Below are positions 36,421-36,677 of a stretch of DNA of 36,677 nt, one piece after another; within the stretch, counting starts at the first letter, position 1, and every line of letters begins with the position of its first letter. This DNA comes from Phoronis australis (Eukaryota; Animalia; Phoronida): positions 483,940 to 520,616 of the forward strand of contig NMRA01000092.1 in assembly GCA_002633005.1 (NCBI GenBank). The letters are read 5' to 3'. The notes beneath the pieces were generated by a model that was given only the letters and a program-made list of their open reading frames with translations, did not search any database and was not told the DNA's origin. A program made the position numbers and the translations under genes.

Positions 36421-36677
36421 CGTTCACCTCGGAAAGCGGAAGTTGCTCTTTATGTTTCGGAGGAACGTAAATTGTCAACATTGCCGGGGCATCTGGGTAA
36501 AGCGTGGTGTGATTTTCAATGGCGGCTCGTGTTATTGTTAAGCGCGGCGACAAATACTACCGCTCTGCAGCCAAAACTGTGTGGGTTGGGAGTGGACGGG
36601 CGAGTGAAAAGGACGCAGAAGCATGCTACTGATGGTCGTAACGTTTTTTTTTTTTTTTTAGTCCTCCCCATTTTTGT

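Overview
AT-rich, repeat-dense animal genomic DNA, most likely from a marine invertebrate; it is not prokaryotic, so nearly all ORFs in the six-frame track are spurious. The window holds the 5' part of a + strand alpha/epsilon-sarcoglycan (SGCA/SGCE-family) gene. Six GT-AG exons (1460-1502, 5630-5731, 7274-7413, 9085-9157, 11295/11301-11502, 13530-13698) join in frame into about 245 aa covering the signal peptide, the cadherin-like domain and the second ectodomain domain ending in DWC. I found no convincing transmembrane or cytoplasmic exon, so intron 6 is probably over 23 kb and fills the rest of the window. Upstream is a probable bidirectional promoter with a candidate non-coding first exon on the - strand. 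The introns are packed with non-autonomous transposon relics, a roughly 750-bp inverted duplication with asymmetric CpG decay, an E-box-bearing 30-bp minisatellite and several assembly junctions. I see no convincing novel enzymatic or defence system; the best leads are regulatory and structural.
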